Shown in pieces: positions 43,494 through 52,262 of a DNA stretch of 52,262 nucleotides. The notes below the pieces were generated by a model, which did no database searches, was not told where the DNA came from, and worked only from the letters and a program-made list of their open reading frames with translations. Origin of the DNA: a virus (taxonomy: Duplodnaviria > Caudoviricetes); the IMG/VR virus record IMGVR_UViG_3300038372_000007, positions 1 to 52,262 of that record; one strand, given 5' to 3'. How positions within the stretch are numbered: position 1 is the stretch's first letter; every line of letters begins with the position of its first letter. A program made the position numbers and the translations under genes.

Positions 43494-44305
43494 GCCAACT
43501 CCTCGAACAGCGCTGGCTGTTCTGCTTCGTCGTCCTGTGCCTTGGCCTGCTTCTTGTAGTTCTTCGGCATACTGCCCTTTAGAGCCGCACCCACTCCAGC
43601 TGACGTAAGAAGGCTCTTCCGCAGCGCTTCCCAGGGTCCGAAGCTGCCGTCCTCAAGCACACGGCAAAGAGCGTCCACAACGGGTACGCCCTCGGGCGTC
43701 GTCATGCTCAGGATCCCGGGCACGTTCTCCATGCAGAGCACCTTGGGCTGGATCTCCAGCACTAGACGCGCGAACTCGAACACGAGACTGTTTCGCGGGT
43801 CCATGACGTTGCGCTTGCCACTGACGCTGAATCCCTGGCACGGAGGACTGCCGACCACCAGGTCGACTTCGCCCACCTTGCGGCCCAGGACTTTGAGGAT
43901 CCGCTCGCCGCTTACCTTGCGGATGTCGCCCAGGAAGAAATGGCGGATGGGCGGGATCTCGGGGTTGTGGCGTATCCACCAGGAGCCGGACACCGGCATC
44001 TGAATCAGCCCGCCTTGCTTCTGGAGTCTCCGCATCTCGCCCTCCACGGTCTTGGTGGCGCGTTCCTTATCCTCCGGCTCCAGGTACTGGATGTCCACAG
44101 GGTAACTGCCGAGGTTGGAAAGATAGGTGAGCATACAATCGGGGTCATTGTCCAGCCCGGCCAGCACCTCGTAGCCCGCTTGCAAAAGTCCCAGCGAGAA
44201 GCCGCCAGCCCCGCAGAACAAATCGATGGCGGTAGGACGCCTGGCCTGGCGGGTCGCGCCCTCTGGTACGATTAGCCCGGACCCGGAACGCACCCAGGCA
44301 CTCAT
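43490..44305 (-). CDS. DNA (cytosine-5)-methyltransferase, N-terminal half only
   Basis: DLFCGAGG, GSPPCQGFS, DPRN and ENVPG are present. Motif VIII, the TRD and motifs IX-X are missing. Confidence 0.85.
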   Translation of the reverse strand: MSAWVRSGSGLIVPEGATRQARRPTAIDLFCGAGGFSLGLLQAGYEVLAGLDNDPDCMLTYLSNLGSYPVDIQYLEPEDKERATKTVEGEMRRLQKQGGLIQMPVSGSWWIRHNPEIPPIRHFFLGDIRKVSGERILKVLGRKVGEVDLVVGSPPCQGFSVSGKRNVMDPRNSLVFEFARLVLEIQPKVLCMENVPGILSMTTPEGVPVVDALCRVLEDGSFGPWEALRKSLLTSAGVGAALKGSMPKNYKKQAKAQDDEAEQPALFEELA

Positions 44306-44679
44306 GACTGGGTCTCCGCTTGCTTACGGATGGCTGCCAGATTCTCCACGTCCTCGATGCTTTTCGCCATGAGCCATTTGCCGCCGTGCTCCTGCACGTC
44401 TCGCCTGAAGGCATCCTGGTCCTCGGACACGCGCCCCTTCGCCGTCTTGATCTCGATCCAGACTGTCATGCCGGTGCGGATCGCCGTCAGGTCCGTCATG
44501 CCCGGGTGGCTGCCTAGCCCTTGCTGGTTGCGGATAACGAACCAATCATGCATGCGGAGGAAGTCTCGGACCTGATGTAGCAGGCCGGTCTCCGTGACCT
44601 TCAGCCCGGGGACCTCCTCCGCTGGCACGGTGGCCTTGATCCTAGCCTGGTAGCCTTGCATCCCTCGGCGCATGGTCAT
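44302..44679 (-). CDS. VRR-NUC domain nuclease
   Basis: PGMTDL...WIEIK...GRVSEDQ. Confidence 0.85.
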   Translation of the reverse strand: MTMRRGMQGYQARIKATVPAEEVPGLKVTETGLLHQVRDFLRMHDWFVIRNQQGLGSHPGMTDLTAIRTGMTVWIEIKTAKGRVSEDQDAFRRDVQEHGGKWLMAKSIEDVENLAAIRKQAETQS

Positions 44680-45500
44680 AACTCCTTGACCTCCTTGCCG
44701 TCCAGAACCGCCTGCACCCGCTCCCGCGTTTTCGTCATGACGTGGAACTGGTCTCCCAGGTCGCCCAGCACCTTGCCGATGCGCTCGACGAGGTCGAGGT
44801 TCTTCATGATCCAGGACACCGTGTTGAGGCTCTCCCTGAAGCGCCAGTCGCTTTTCTCGATGTCCAAACCCGTGACCTCGCGGCAGACTTCCAGGACCTG
44901 CTTTGCGGCGCGGAGTCTATCCGCGATCTCGTGCTGGCCGTGTCCTCCGAGTCGTTCCCGGATCTCCCGTCCTATCCGCTTGGCCTTGTCCTCCAAGTCC
45001 ACGTTCTCCTCGGTGGCGATCCTCTCTTTGAGCCTGCGGATCTCGATGTCGTCGTTATGGACCTTGAACAGGATGGCGAGGGCTATCTCCGGCGTGAAAC
45101 CTGGCGGCGCATGTCCGATAGCGGCTTTGACCACCTGCCAGCCTTTCGGCCCTCGCACGATGAGCCCGGCTTCATGCGGCATGTCATCCTTGGTGAGGAC
45201 GCCCGCGGGACAGGCGAAGAACACCCGATGGGCCACGTCGAGATATTTCCGCCACTTGTTTGCACCATCGTCCCGGTGGAAGTCCGACCGCGAGGTCTTG
45301 ACCTCATAGATGCGGAGGTCTTGCGTCACATAGGCATGAGGCTTTATGGCCATCACGTCTATCCGTGAATCCCAGCCGGGGAAGTACATCTCCTTGACCA
45401 CGATCCAGTTGGACTCGCGCAGGTAATGGGCGAGGTCGTCTATGAGCGCTGGACCTTGCCACTTTTTATCTTTGGGGTCCTTCAGGAGCAACTCGCTCAC
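44676..45500 (-). CDS. MmcB-like PD-(D/E)xK nuclease
   Basis: RIDVMA...YEVKTSRSDF..D...KW..Y....FFACP...GLI. Confidence 0.75.
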   Translation of the reverse strand: MSELLLKDPKDKKWQGPALIDDLAHYLRESNWIVVKEMYFPGWDSRIDVMAIKPHAYVTQDLRIYEVKTSRSDFHRDDGANKWRKYLDVAHRVFFACPAGVLTKDDMPHEAGLIVRGPKGWQVVKAAIGHAPPGFTPEIALAILFKVHNDDIEIRRLKERIATEENVDLEDKAKRIGREIRERLGGHGQHEIADRLRAAKQVLEVCREVTGLDIEKSDWRFRESLNTVSWIMKNLDLVERIGKVLGDLGDQFHVMTKTRERVQAVLDGKEVKEL

Positions 45501-46060
45501 CGTGACACCGCCTCCGCTCTCTCCTCGCTCCGACCCGGATCTGTCTGCCGGCGGTACATAGAGATCAGGTGCATTGCGTATACCGGCCCTCGGCCTTCCA
45601 ACAAGACCGCCAAGAAGAACGCCCGCCACGTAGCCGATCCTCGCATGCGCGCCAACTTCACCGCGGCCGGGATCTTGTGCGGTGCCCAGGGTTGCTGTTT
45701 CGGCGCCTTCGGTAGCTTGGGCCTCTGCCCCCGCTCCCTGCGCGGCAGCCCGGCCCGGTCGGTGATGCGGTACACGACGGCGCTCCCAACATGGAACATG
45801 GCCCGCATCACGCAGATAGGCGTCCCCTTCCGGTACTCAGCGAGGATCCCGGCGGTCTTGCCCTTGTCTGCACCCTTGATGCTTGACAGGGTTTTGGCTT
45901 GAGGCCCCTGTCGCCGGATGATGCCTACATTGCGGAGCCACCTGCCAACGGTTGCGTATTTGTGGTGATGCTTCGACGCGAGGCCTCGGATCGTCGCGCC
46001 TGCCGAGTATTCGGCGGCCATCGCATCTCGGTCAGACCATGTAAGCCAGGGTTCAGTCAT
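45497..46060 (-). CDS. Basic HTH-repeat hypothetical protein
   Basis: Two YxxGxxI HTH-like repeats. Confidence 0.55.
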   Translation of the reverse strand: MTEPWLTWSDRDAMAAEYSAGATIRGLASKHHHKYATVGRWLRNVGIIRRQGPQAKTLSSIKGADKGKTAGILAEYRKGTPICVMRAMFHVGSAVVYRITDRAGLPRRERGQRPKLPKAPKQQPWAPHKIPAAVKLARMRGSATWRAFFLAVLLEGRGPVYAMHLISMYRRQTDPGRSEERAEAVSR

Positions 46061-46923
46061 GACCGGTCAACCTCCTCCAGTAAAACCCGGGCACCTTTCG
46101 GCACCCTCCTGCCGTCCTTCATCCACCAGTCGAAGAACTCTTGGCCAGTCTGCCAGGTTTGCATGTAATCTCTGCCTTTGTGTAACCTCAGCGCTGCATC
46201 AAGCGTGCGGATATAGGCCGCCTTGAACTTGGGCCACCTGGCGAATTCCTTCTCACGCCCGGCCTTGCGAGCCATCGGGCAACCAATGCAGCCTAAACGC
46301 TTGAAGCCCTCGTCGTAGAGGGAACAATAGGGGATCTCGCGGTCGCGGATATAGGCCCAAACGTCGGAATCCTGCCAGTCGAAAATCGGGGCGACAACGA
46401 TCTTGCCGGTGGTCGGGCAAGACCGCACCATCTGCCTGCCCTGCTCAGGGTCGAACGTGTAGAGGCGCTCCTCGCGACGGCGGTGGGTGAGCGTCACAAT
46501 CCCGTAGCCCTGCTTGCGGTTCCTACTCTCTGCGGCCCTTACACCCATGACGACGATCCTGTGGTCTCCGCCGTGTTCCTTCAGTTCCGCGCAACAGAAT
46601 CGCACAACGCGTGTCGGAGGCATACCGTGCTCCTTGATTAACTGCCACATAGACTTCTGGTAAGGTTCGGCTCGCACGTCGGGATAGTAACGTCGCATGT
46701 GGTAGATGAGTTCAGGCGGGTCAATCCCCGTGACGTTGTAGTGGGCGTCGAACTTCACCCCAGCCTCCTTCGCCAGGTGGTAGACACATTGGCTGTCCTT
46801 GCCGCCAGAGAACGCCAAGTAGTAACCCTCAGGTGGGCAGAACATGCGTAGTCGCTCAATGGCAGCGTCCGCCATGAGCTGCAGGCGGGTGCGGCCATCG
46901 AAGGCGAGTTGTTGGAGGGTCAT
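46057..46923 (-). CDS. PAPS reductase family (PP-loop) protein
   Basis: FSGGKDS, RFCCAELKE, GVRAAES, PIFDW and RLGCIGCP. Confidence 0.9.
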   Translation of the reverse strand: MTLQQLAFDGRTRLQLMADAAIERLRMFCPPEGYYLAFSGGKDSQCVYHLAKEAGVKFDAHYNVTGIDPPELIYHMRRYYPDVRAEPYQKSMWQLIKEHGMPPTRVVRFCCAELKEHGGDHRIVVMGVRAAESRNRKQGYGIVTLTHRRREERLYTFDPEQGRQMVRSCPTTGKIVVAPIFDWQDSDVWAYIRDREIPYCSLYDEGFKRLGCIGCPMARKAGREKEFARWPKFKAAYIRTLDAALRLHKGRDYMQTWQTGQEFFDWWMKDGRRVPKGARVLLEEVDRS

Positions 46924-47213
46924 CTTCGCCTCGCCCTCCTCCCGGCATGTCCTAAGATCCTCCGCCGTGACAAAGTGCCAGCTGAGTCGTACCCAAACCG
47001 CTTCACCTGCTGTTCCTCGAACGCCGACCCCCGACTGTAGCTGCTGAACACATTCCCCATGACCCGGCCCAGCCGGTTGACCGAAACCTCGCCGGTGACG
47101 ACGTCCACCTGGAGCATGGTCACCCAGGGGCCGCTACCAGGCCGCTTGGCTGTCGAGAGGAGCTCGGACAGCGGCAGATCGGGTTCCAGGCCGAAGCCGG
47201 GTTGCCTAGACAT
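46920..47213 (-). CDS. Hypothetical protein
   Basis: Coupled ORF between the initiator and PAPS reductase genes. Confidence 0.45.
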   Translation of the reverse strand: MSRQPGFGLEPDLPLSELLSTAKRPGSGPWVTMLQVDVVTGEVSVNRLGRVMGNVFSSYSRGSAFEEQQVKRFGYDSAGTLSRRRILGHAGRRARRR

Positions 47214-48129
47214 GGGGAGCACCTTCTTTTTTTCTGCTTGTGCTTGGCGCCGGTCCAGCGGCCAAAGCCTCCAATGCTTTCCAACGTTTCGCCAGCGTGG
47301 GGAGGTATGCCGCCAAGGTGGCGACCCGCTCTTTGGGTTGGGTGTTCGTCATCGTCTCCGCGACGTGCGTCACCGCCCGCCCAAGGTGGGTAGCGCAACT
47401 GCAATGAGGCTCGTCGCTGCGGCAAAGGTTGGCCGCCCGCAGCGCCAGGCAATACTTCTCAAGGCCAGTAGCCAGCAGGGGTAGTTCTTCGTCTCCGGGG
47501 TTTTCGATGCCCATCTCCTTAGCCCATTTGATTAACAAAGGGGCTGTCCCGTTCTTGAGAGGGCAAGGCACCAGTGAAGAGTTATCCACAGGTCCTGTAA
47601 CTAAAGGATGAGGATTGGTTCCCTCAGTCTCCTTCCTGTTTTTCTCTCCTGTACTTTCCTCTACTCTACTTTCCTCTACTTTGCTTTGCTCTACTATGTG
47701 TCCAGAAACCCCTCCATTCTGGAGTGTTTCTGCGTCAGAAACCTTCTGGGTTTGTCCCTCATACTTTTCCCGCATCTTGCTGCGCTTCTCTATCACAGGG
47801 GCAGCCCGTCTCTTGATGCCTTCACTGGTAAGGACCTTCCGATCCGCGTATGCGCTGGCAGAGAAGCACCCCCACTTGAGCGCTGTCGCAAGCATCTCTT
47901 GGAATCGTTCCTCGGTTACCGCCACTTTTCTGGCAAGTATCTGTATGGTTTCTGCGTCAGAAACGGGGAGCTCAAAAGCCGCAGTCCGGTAGATCCTCTC
48001 CAGTAGGATGAAGTAGAAGGCGTAGCCGTCGTTTCCGTACAGGGCGCGGAGGATCTCGACCTTCTCATCACCTGAGGCGTCTGTGTCGTGCGGAAAGTAT
48101 TCCATGCCTTCCTTGCGCGGTCGAGCCAT
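47206..48129 (-). CDS. Replication initiator, DUF4373 (Lin1244/Lin1753-like) N-terminus
   Basis: MARPRKEGMEYFPHD...YGNDGYAFYFILLERIY...LTSEGI, with a repetitive SKVEESRVEES linker. Confidence 0.85.
   Translation of the reverse strand: MARPRKEGMEYFPHDTDASGDEKVEILRALYGNDGYAFYFILLERIYRTAAFELPVSDAETIQILARKVAVTEERFQEMLATALKWGCFSASAYADRKVLTSEGIKRRAAPVIEKRSKMREKYEGQTQKVSDAETLQNGGVSGHIVEQSKVEESRVEESTGEKNRKETEGTNPHPLVTGPVDNSSLVPCPLKNGTAPLLIKWAKEMGIENPGDEELPLLATGLEKYCLALRAANLCRSDEPHCSCATHLGRAVTHVAETMTNTQPKERVATLAAYLPTLAKRWKALEALAAGPAPSTSRKKEGAPHV
47582..47964. other. Putative replication origin inside the initiator gene
   Basis: TTATCCACA (47582-47590), a pyrimidine/CTACT repeat tract, and two copies of the palindrome GTTTCTGCGTCAGAAAC (47726, 47948). 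Confidence 0.6.
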
Positions 48130-48215
48130 CTCTATCGGCCCCCCCGATTCTCTCTCTACCTGCCGCTTTGCCGCTCGTGCACTCAGTGAGCGCTCTTTGC
48201 GCTCGCTTGCCGCCC

Positions 48216-49166
48216 TTAGACGCCCGGTTTCGCTGCCTCTGTCAGGTCGGAGCACCTTACGCTAGACATGCGCAAATCCGTTGGCAACTCGCTGTGCTCC
48301 ACGCCGTCCAGGACACGGCCGGCGCGCTTCTTGCCGACGCGATACATCAGCTTGCCGTCCGGCCACAGGTGGGTTTTGAACCTCCCGGCGTTCGGCTGGA
48401 GATCGCTTTCGTGCCAGTCGCCCCAGCTTTTGAAGTAGAAGGCCACGTTTGCAGCTTTGCACTGGTCACGCAGGTCTCTCGCCCAGTCGGGGTGCATCGG
48501 CCTGGCGCCGGACCCGGTCTCTCCGCCGACGATCATCCAGTCCGGCGAAGCCTCCCAGCGCGAACCTACTTTGAGCGCCCACTTGCCTTCCGCATATTCG
48601 TAGAGGCCAAATGTCTCCGCGAGGTCGATGGGGCCGAGCAAAGGCTCCGCGCTCACGAAGCGGACTGCCGCCGGGATCTGGCTGAGGTAGCGCGTCCTGT
48701 CATCGAAAGTGAGTTGGTTCTCCACGGAGACACCGAGCCACACATTGGGCAGCGGTCGCTGGTCGTAAACGTCCACAATGTTCCAGTCCCATCTCGTGAA
48801 CAGTTCAGCCAGCCTTTGAGGGCGTTTCGTTAGGACTACGAAGGTGTGTTTCGGGAGTAGGCGCATCCATTCCCAGACGCGCCGAATGAGTTCGTCCGGC
48901 ACGTCCAGGTGCGCTATGTCCCCCATACTCTGCACGAACACCCTCTTCGCCTTCCTCGCCCTCGCCAACCGCTCAAAGGGCTTCTCGTCCAGGACGAACT
49001 CCGTGGGCGCCGCGTCAAACGGCTTGCCGTTGCCGAAGCGCCGATTGAAGGCCTCTGCCCAGCAGTGGAGACAGCCGGCGCTGACCTTGGCGCAGTGGTA
49101 GCCGCCGCCCTTGACCTTGATAACGTTGCAGACCTCGTCCACATACTCAATGCCGGTCTCAGCCAT
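48216..49166 (-). CDS. DUF5131 (phage Gp37/Gp68) family protein
   Basis: CAKVSAGCLHCWA, FVQSMGD, LTKRP, NVWLGVSVENQ, SAEPLLG, VGGETG and FYFKSWG. Confidence 0.9.
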   Translation of the reverse strand: MAETGIEYVDEVCNVIKVKGGGYHCAKVSAGCLHCWAEAFNRRFGNGKPFDAAPTEFVLDEKPFERLARARKAKRVFVQSMGDIAHLDVPDELIRRVWEWMRLLPKHTFVVLTKRPQRLAELFTRWDWNIVDVYDQRPLPNVWLGVSVENQLTFDDRTRYLSQIPAAVRFVSAEPLLGPIDLAETFGLYEYAEGKWALKVGSRWEASPDWMIVGGETGSGARPMHPDWARDLRDQCKAANVAFYFKSWGDWHESDLQPNAGRFKTHLWPDGKLMYRVGKKRAGRVLDGVEHSELPTDLRMSSVRCSDLTEAAKPGV

Positions 49167-49518
49167 ATCTCGCTACCAGCTCCTCTTTGGTCTTGCCCTT
49201 GTTGACCGGGTCGTGCCAGCCTTTCGTCGGGGTGTCCGCTGGCAGGTCGTTCATAATGACCTCTTCCTCCTCGGGCAGCGTCAGGCACATCTCCGCCGAG
49301 GAGTAACCCCGGATGCCCTTGGTGGTGTCCAGCGCGTTGAGGGCGCCGCAGTAAGGACACTTGCCCCACCAAACGGCATAGGCGTCGTCCAGCGTGGATT
49401 CCGACTCGTAGACGAGCCTCCCGCACTTGGCGCAGCTTCCGGGGATGCTGTCACGGACTCGGTAACGTTCCCGCCCGGGCCGCATGTTGCTGATGATGAC
49501 GCTCATCTGCTCACTCAC
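49159..49518 (-). CDS. Zinc-ribbon hypothetical protein
   Basis: CAKC...CPYC. Confidence 0.6.
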   Translation of the reverse strand: MSEQMSVIISNMRPGRERYRVRDSIPGSCAKCGRLVYESESTLDDAYAVWWGKCPYCGALNALDTTKGIRGYSSAEMCLTLPEEEEVIMNDLPADTPTKGWHDPVNKGKTKEELVARYG

Positions 49519-49726
49519 CCTCTCTTACTGCGGTTGATCTCGTACTCATCATTTCTCGCGCCGCTATCTCCCGCTCCACCTTGTGCAACATCTCGATGAT
49601 GTCTCTACGGCACGACCGCAGCGGCCCTCTCGCATGACGCAGCATTCGCAGCAGTATGCGCCGCTGCTCGTTGAGGGGCACTTCGACTGGCGGGATGATA
49701 TGGCAGCCTGGAGGCAAGTCGTTCAT
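49511..49726 (-). CDS. Hypothetical protein
   Basis: Coupled ORF starting MNDLPP. Confidence 0.45.
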   Translation of the reverse strand: MNDLPPGCHIIPPVEVPLNEQRRILLRMLRHARGPLRSCRRDIIEMLHKVEREIAAREMMSTRSTAVREGE

Positions 49727-50220
49727 GCGTGCTCGCCGCCTTTGGCCTGGGCGATGATGGTTTGCAAAGTGACTATGACGGCGGCAGGTGACGTGTGGGG
49801 GGCAAAACCATCCTTTGCGACCTGCCTGAGTGTAGTGGTCAGCCATTCCTCCGCCGCCCTCCCTATCCTCGCGTCCTGCTCGATCTGCATGGTGTCGCCG
49901 GAGAGGGCCTCCTTAGCTCGCTCGACCGCCTCACTCCACTCACCGCCAATGGTGGGCAGCGATGCAGCGAGGAGGTCGGTTATGGCAGTCCTCGCTTCGG
50001 CGAGTTGGGCTTCGAGTTCATGTATCCGGTCGAGGGTCGCCACCTCGCCCTCGTTGCAGGTGCCGTAGCGTTTCAGATCGTCGGGCACCGTGCTGAACGT
50101 GATGTTGACGTTGGGTATTGTCGCGCCTTGCTGTAGGTAGCGAAGCCAGAATCTAGGGAATCTAGGGCACGACTCGCCGATGCAGGCGGTTAGGTTGCAA
50201 CCGACGCAGAAGCTATACAT
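49723..50220 (-). CDS. Hypothetical protein
   Basis: ORF with a GGAGG RBS. Cys-rich N-terminus and coiled coil. Confidence 0.6.
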   Translation of the reverse strand: MYSFCVGCNLTACIGESCPRFPRFWLRYLQQGATIPNVNITFSTVPDDLKRYGTCNEGEVATLDRIHELEAQLAEARTAITDLLAASLPTIGGEWSEAVERAKEALSGDTMQIEQDARIGRAAEEWLTTTLRQVAKDGFAPHTSPAAVIVTLQTIIAQAKGGEHA

Positions 50221-50234
50221 GCTGCTCGCCCTCC

Positions 50235-50522
50235 TCAGAAGAAACCGTCGAAGTCGCGCATCTTCGCCAACTGGCGTTCCGACAGCAGCACACGCCCAAA
50301 GGTAATCTTGATGGGTTTGTCGCCAGGAACCAGCGTCGCATAGGTGATGAACTTTTCCCCGACCTGGAGTTCCTGGACAATCCGCTCCACATGTTCAATC
50401 GCTTCGAGGTCGTCGATGTCCAGCGCGTTGAAAGCCTCGGTCGTCGGATCGTGGTAATACTCGCTGTAGCAACGGACGCCACCGATTTCCGAGTAGAACT
50501 TAACCTTACCTTGCTTATCCAT
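50235..50522 (-). CDS. Hypothetical protein
   Basis: ORF with an AAGGAGG RBS. Confidence 0.6.
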   Translation of the reverse strand: MDKQGKVKFYSEIGGVRCYSEYYHDPTTEAFNALDIDDLEAIEHVERIVQELQVGEKFITYATLVPGDKPIKITFGRVLLSERQLAKMRDFDGFF

Positions 50523-51633
50523 TTGACTTTTCGCCCTCCTTCAGCTCGCTGCCGGGGTCATCGTCAGCATCACCCTGGTCGTCAGGGTCATCGGCGGGGG
50601 CGGGCAACTTCGGGTTTAGGTAGGCGTCGATGGCCTCAACCAGGGCCGTCCAGTTGTTGGCCATTGCGGCGGCCTCCTCGCCGGGATACTGGGTGACCAC
50701 TTGACGAAGGAACCCCTCGGCCTGCTCCAGGTGCTTGACCCTCGCCAGGAGGGCCTGGCCGCAGGAGGAGGAAAGGGCGGCGGTGGCAACCTTCTCAATG
50801 TCGGGCAGCAGGCAACCTCTACAAAGCATCGCACCCCCAGTGTTCTGATCAACAATGTCAGTGCAGCACTCATCGGATAGCTGGACGATGCGCCTCATGG
50901 CCTTCCTCATCTCGGCGCACACGGCCTCTACCGGGTCCACAGGCTCCTCGTAGCCGGGGAATTCCTTCGACAGGTAGCGGATGGGCTTGCCCTTGGCGGT
51001 AGCGTACTCTATCTCGCTGCGGGTCGATGAGCCGATGTAACCGCCTACGTCCAGGACAAGAACCTCGTCCGCCAGGTCAATCTTGCGCTTGTGGAGGTCG
51101 TCGAGAGCTTCAACCACCTCCGGCCCGAGGGCTTCAGCACCGTGGTCTTTGGCGTGTTTGCAGACACCGACCGATAGGACGATCTTCCCGGCCAGCGTTT
51201 CGTTCCATCCAGTCTCGAAGAACGCACCCATAAACCTCGTGGAGCCGCACAAGCAGACGATGGGCGCGGTGAACCGGGTCTTCAGCTCACCCTCGGCCTT
51301 CGCAGCGCGGGCCAGCAACGTCTCCTCGCGGTTGTGCAAGGCTAACGCGGCGTCCAAACCCGCCTCCAGCGTGCCTGACTCGTGGGGGTCGTGGGTCGGG
51401 AATGGGCTGACTTCGGTGTCACGATGGGCAATCTGCCCGGCGTACTTACGAGCAAGTCTCTCCTGCTCCCCTAAAAGCACCTGCCAGTTGAAACTGACCC
51501 CCCGCAACTCGAACATCTCGACCATGATCTGGTCGCGGTCCGTGGCGTCGATGGCGCAAATAGTAGCCAAACCGCCGCAATGATTGTCGTCTGCCCCAAC
51601 GTAGACCTTCTCCTGGGTGCAGGGATTACGCAT
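50515..51633 (-). CDS. Mosaic protein with a central nucleoside 2-deoxyribosyltransferase-like domain
   Basis: IVCLCGSTRF...LHKRKIDLADEVLVLDVGGYIGSSTRSEIEYA...KPIRY. Confidence 0.7.
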   Translation of the reverse strand: MRNPCTQEKVYVGADDNHCGGLATICAIDATDRDQIMVEMFELRGVSFNWQVLLGEQERLARKYAGQIAHRDTEVSPFPTHDPHESGTLEAGLDAALALHNREETLLARAAKAEGELKTRFTAPIVCLCGSTRFMGAFFETGWNETLAGKIVLSVGVCKHAKDHGAEALGPEVVEALDDLHKRKIDLADEVLVLDVGGYIGSSTRSEIEYATAKGKPIRYLSKEFPGYEEPVDPVEAVCAEMRKAMRRIVQLSDECCTDIVDQNTGGAMLCRGCLLPDIEKVATAALSSSCGQALLARVKHLEQAEGFLRQVVTQYPGEEAAAMANNWTALVEAIDAYLNPKLPAPADDPDDQGDADDDPGSELKEGEKSNG

Positions 51634-52045
51634 GTTTCTTCACAGCCTCCTTGCCTTTCGCCATGAGGTACTTCCCCCAGCAGGGCCAGCAGTTATCGTC
51701 AACGGGACCGAGACACCCTTTGCCCTTCATGCTCGGTGGGCATAAACCGGACTGTACCAACATCTCAATCGCCGCCTCCAGCGCGGCCTCCGCCTCCTCG
51801 CAGCGGTCGAGGTAGTGGGGCAGGGCGTCGTTCACGAAATCGGCGTAACTCGGCCAGTCGGGGGTGTCGCACACCCGGTCGAACTCTTGGCGGTCAGCCG
51901 CTATGTCGCGCTTTGGCTGGGCCGGTTCCTTGGCTGGACGACCATGCGAACAAGTGCCGCCTGAAACGTAGTCGGGGCAGTCCATCTCCTCTGGGCAGTC
52001 CTTGCACATTACCTTATCTGCCGTTATGTCACGTCGCTCAGACAT
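51626..52045 (-). CDS. Cys-rich hypothetical protein
   Basis: ATG at 52045 after GGAGG. Repeated RDIxAD motif. Confidence 0.6.
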   Translation of the reverse strand: MSERRDITADKVMCKDCPEEMDCPDYVSGGTCSHGRPAKEPAQPKRDIAADRQEFDRVCDTPDWPSYADFVNDALPHYLDRCEEAEAALEAAIEMLVQSGLCPPSMKGKGCLGPVDDNCWPCWGKYLMAKGKEAVKKHA

Positions 52046-52207
52046 GGGGAGCCTCCTCCGGGAGCAATTCGTTGAGCGTATCAAGCACTATTTTTAATTC
52101 CATATCCTGGCGGAAAGCAGCCATCATCTCGCTGGCGGCATCCCGTATCTCGATGAGTCGGACGTACTCGGCCACCGGCAGGATGGCGTGAGTCTTGGAC
52201 AACTCGG
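52038..52207 (-). CDS. 3' part of the origin-spanning hypothetical protein (starts at 124)
   Basis: In-frame continuation across the 55-bp overlap. Confidence 0.7.
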
Positions 52208-52262
52208 CGAGGACGGCCTTGATGATCCGCTCCCAGGCGCTTGGTGCAATCGGCTGATTAGC
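52208..52262. repeat. Terminal 55-bp direct repeat, right copy
   Basis: Identical to 1-55. Confidence 0.95.

Larger units (their letters stand above)
1..52262. mobile_element. Complete circular temperate phage genome (excised form, siphovirus-like)
   Basis: Terminase, portal, capsid, tail, lysis, integrase and repressor modules are all present. Ends overlap by 55 bp, attP is intact, and no host genes are seen. Confidence 0.95.

Noticed and set aside
52208-52262. 55-bp terminal repeat as a biological terminal repeat or att site
   Set aside because: The length matches a common assembler k-mer and it falls mid-ORF, so it only shows circularity.
1-52262. CRISPR array, tRNA, rRNA or IS elements
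   Set aside because: None was recognised by eye, and intergenic spaces are short. A tRNAscan/Rfam run would be needed to exclude them formally.

Overview
The window is a complete circular temperate tailed-phage genome (siphovirus-like), about 52.2 kb and GC-rich. Strong GGAGG(TG) ribosome-binding sites and the gene content suggest a high-GC Bacillota-like host (inference). The first and last 55 bp are identical, and an ORF reads through the junction. Almost all genes are on the minus strand. They form these modules: early/recombination (Cro, AAA ATPase, HIRAN, RecT, MBL), replication/modification (DUF5131, DUF4373 initiator, PAPS reductase, MmcB-like nuclease, VRR-NUC, a half C5-MTase, RinA-like activator), packaging/head (TerS, TerL, portal, MuF, scaffold, cement, MCP), neck/tail, lysis, and a small accessory operon. 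The plus-strand lysogeny module has a CI-like repressor, a DUF4236-TM-TPR protein and a large serine integrase. An intact attP at the integrase 3' end encodes the comM/YifB signature MNPCPCG on the opposite strand. The standout is the prohead-protease gene (33056-37888), a ~1610-aa polyprotein. It strings a nucleotidyltransferase-like domain, a Dam methylase, a class I SAM methyltransferase, an ATP-dependent ligase, a uracil-DNA glycosylase and a LigD-type phosphoesterase in front of an XkdF-like protease. Every domain boundary carries a [VIL]-x-K-[ASE] motif that also recurs in the scaffold. This suggests a self-processing, capsid-packaged DNA repair/protection kit. All family calls come from motif recognition by eye; no database searches were run.
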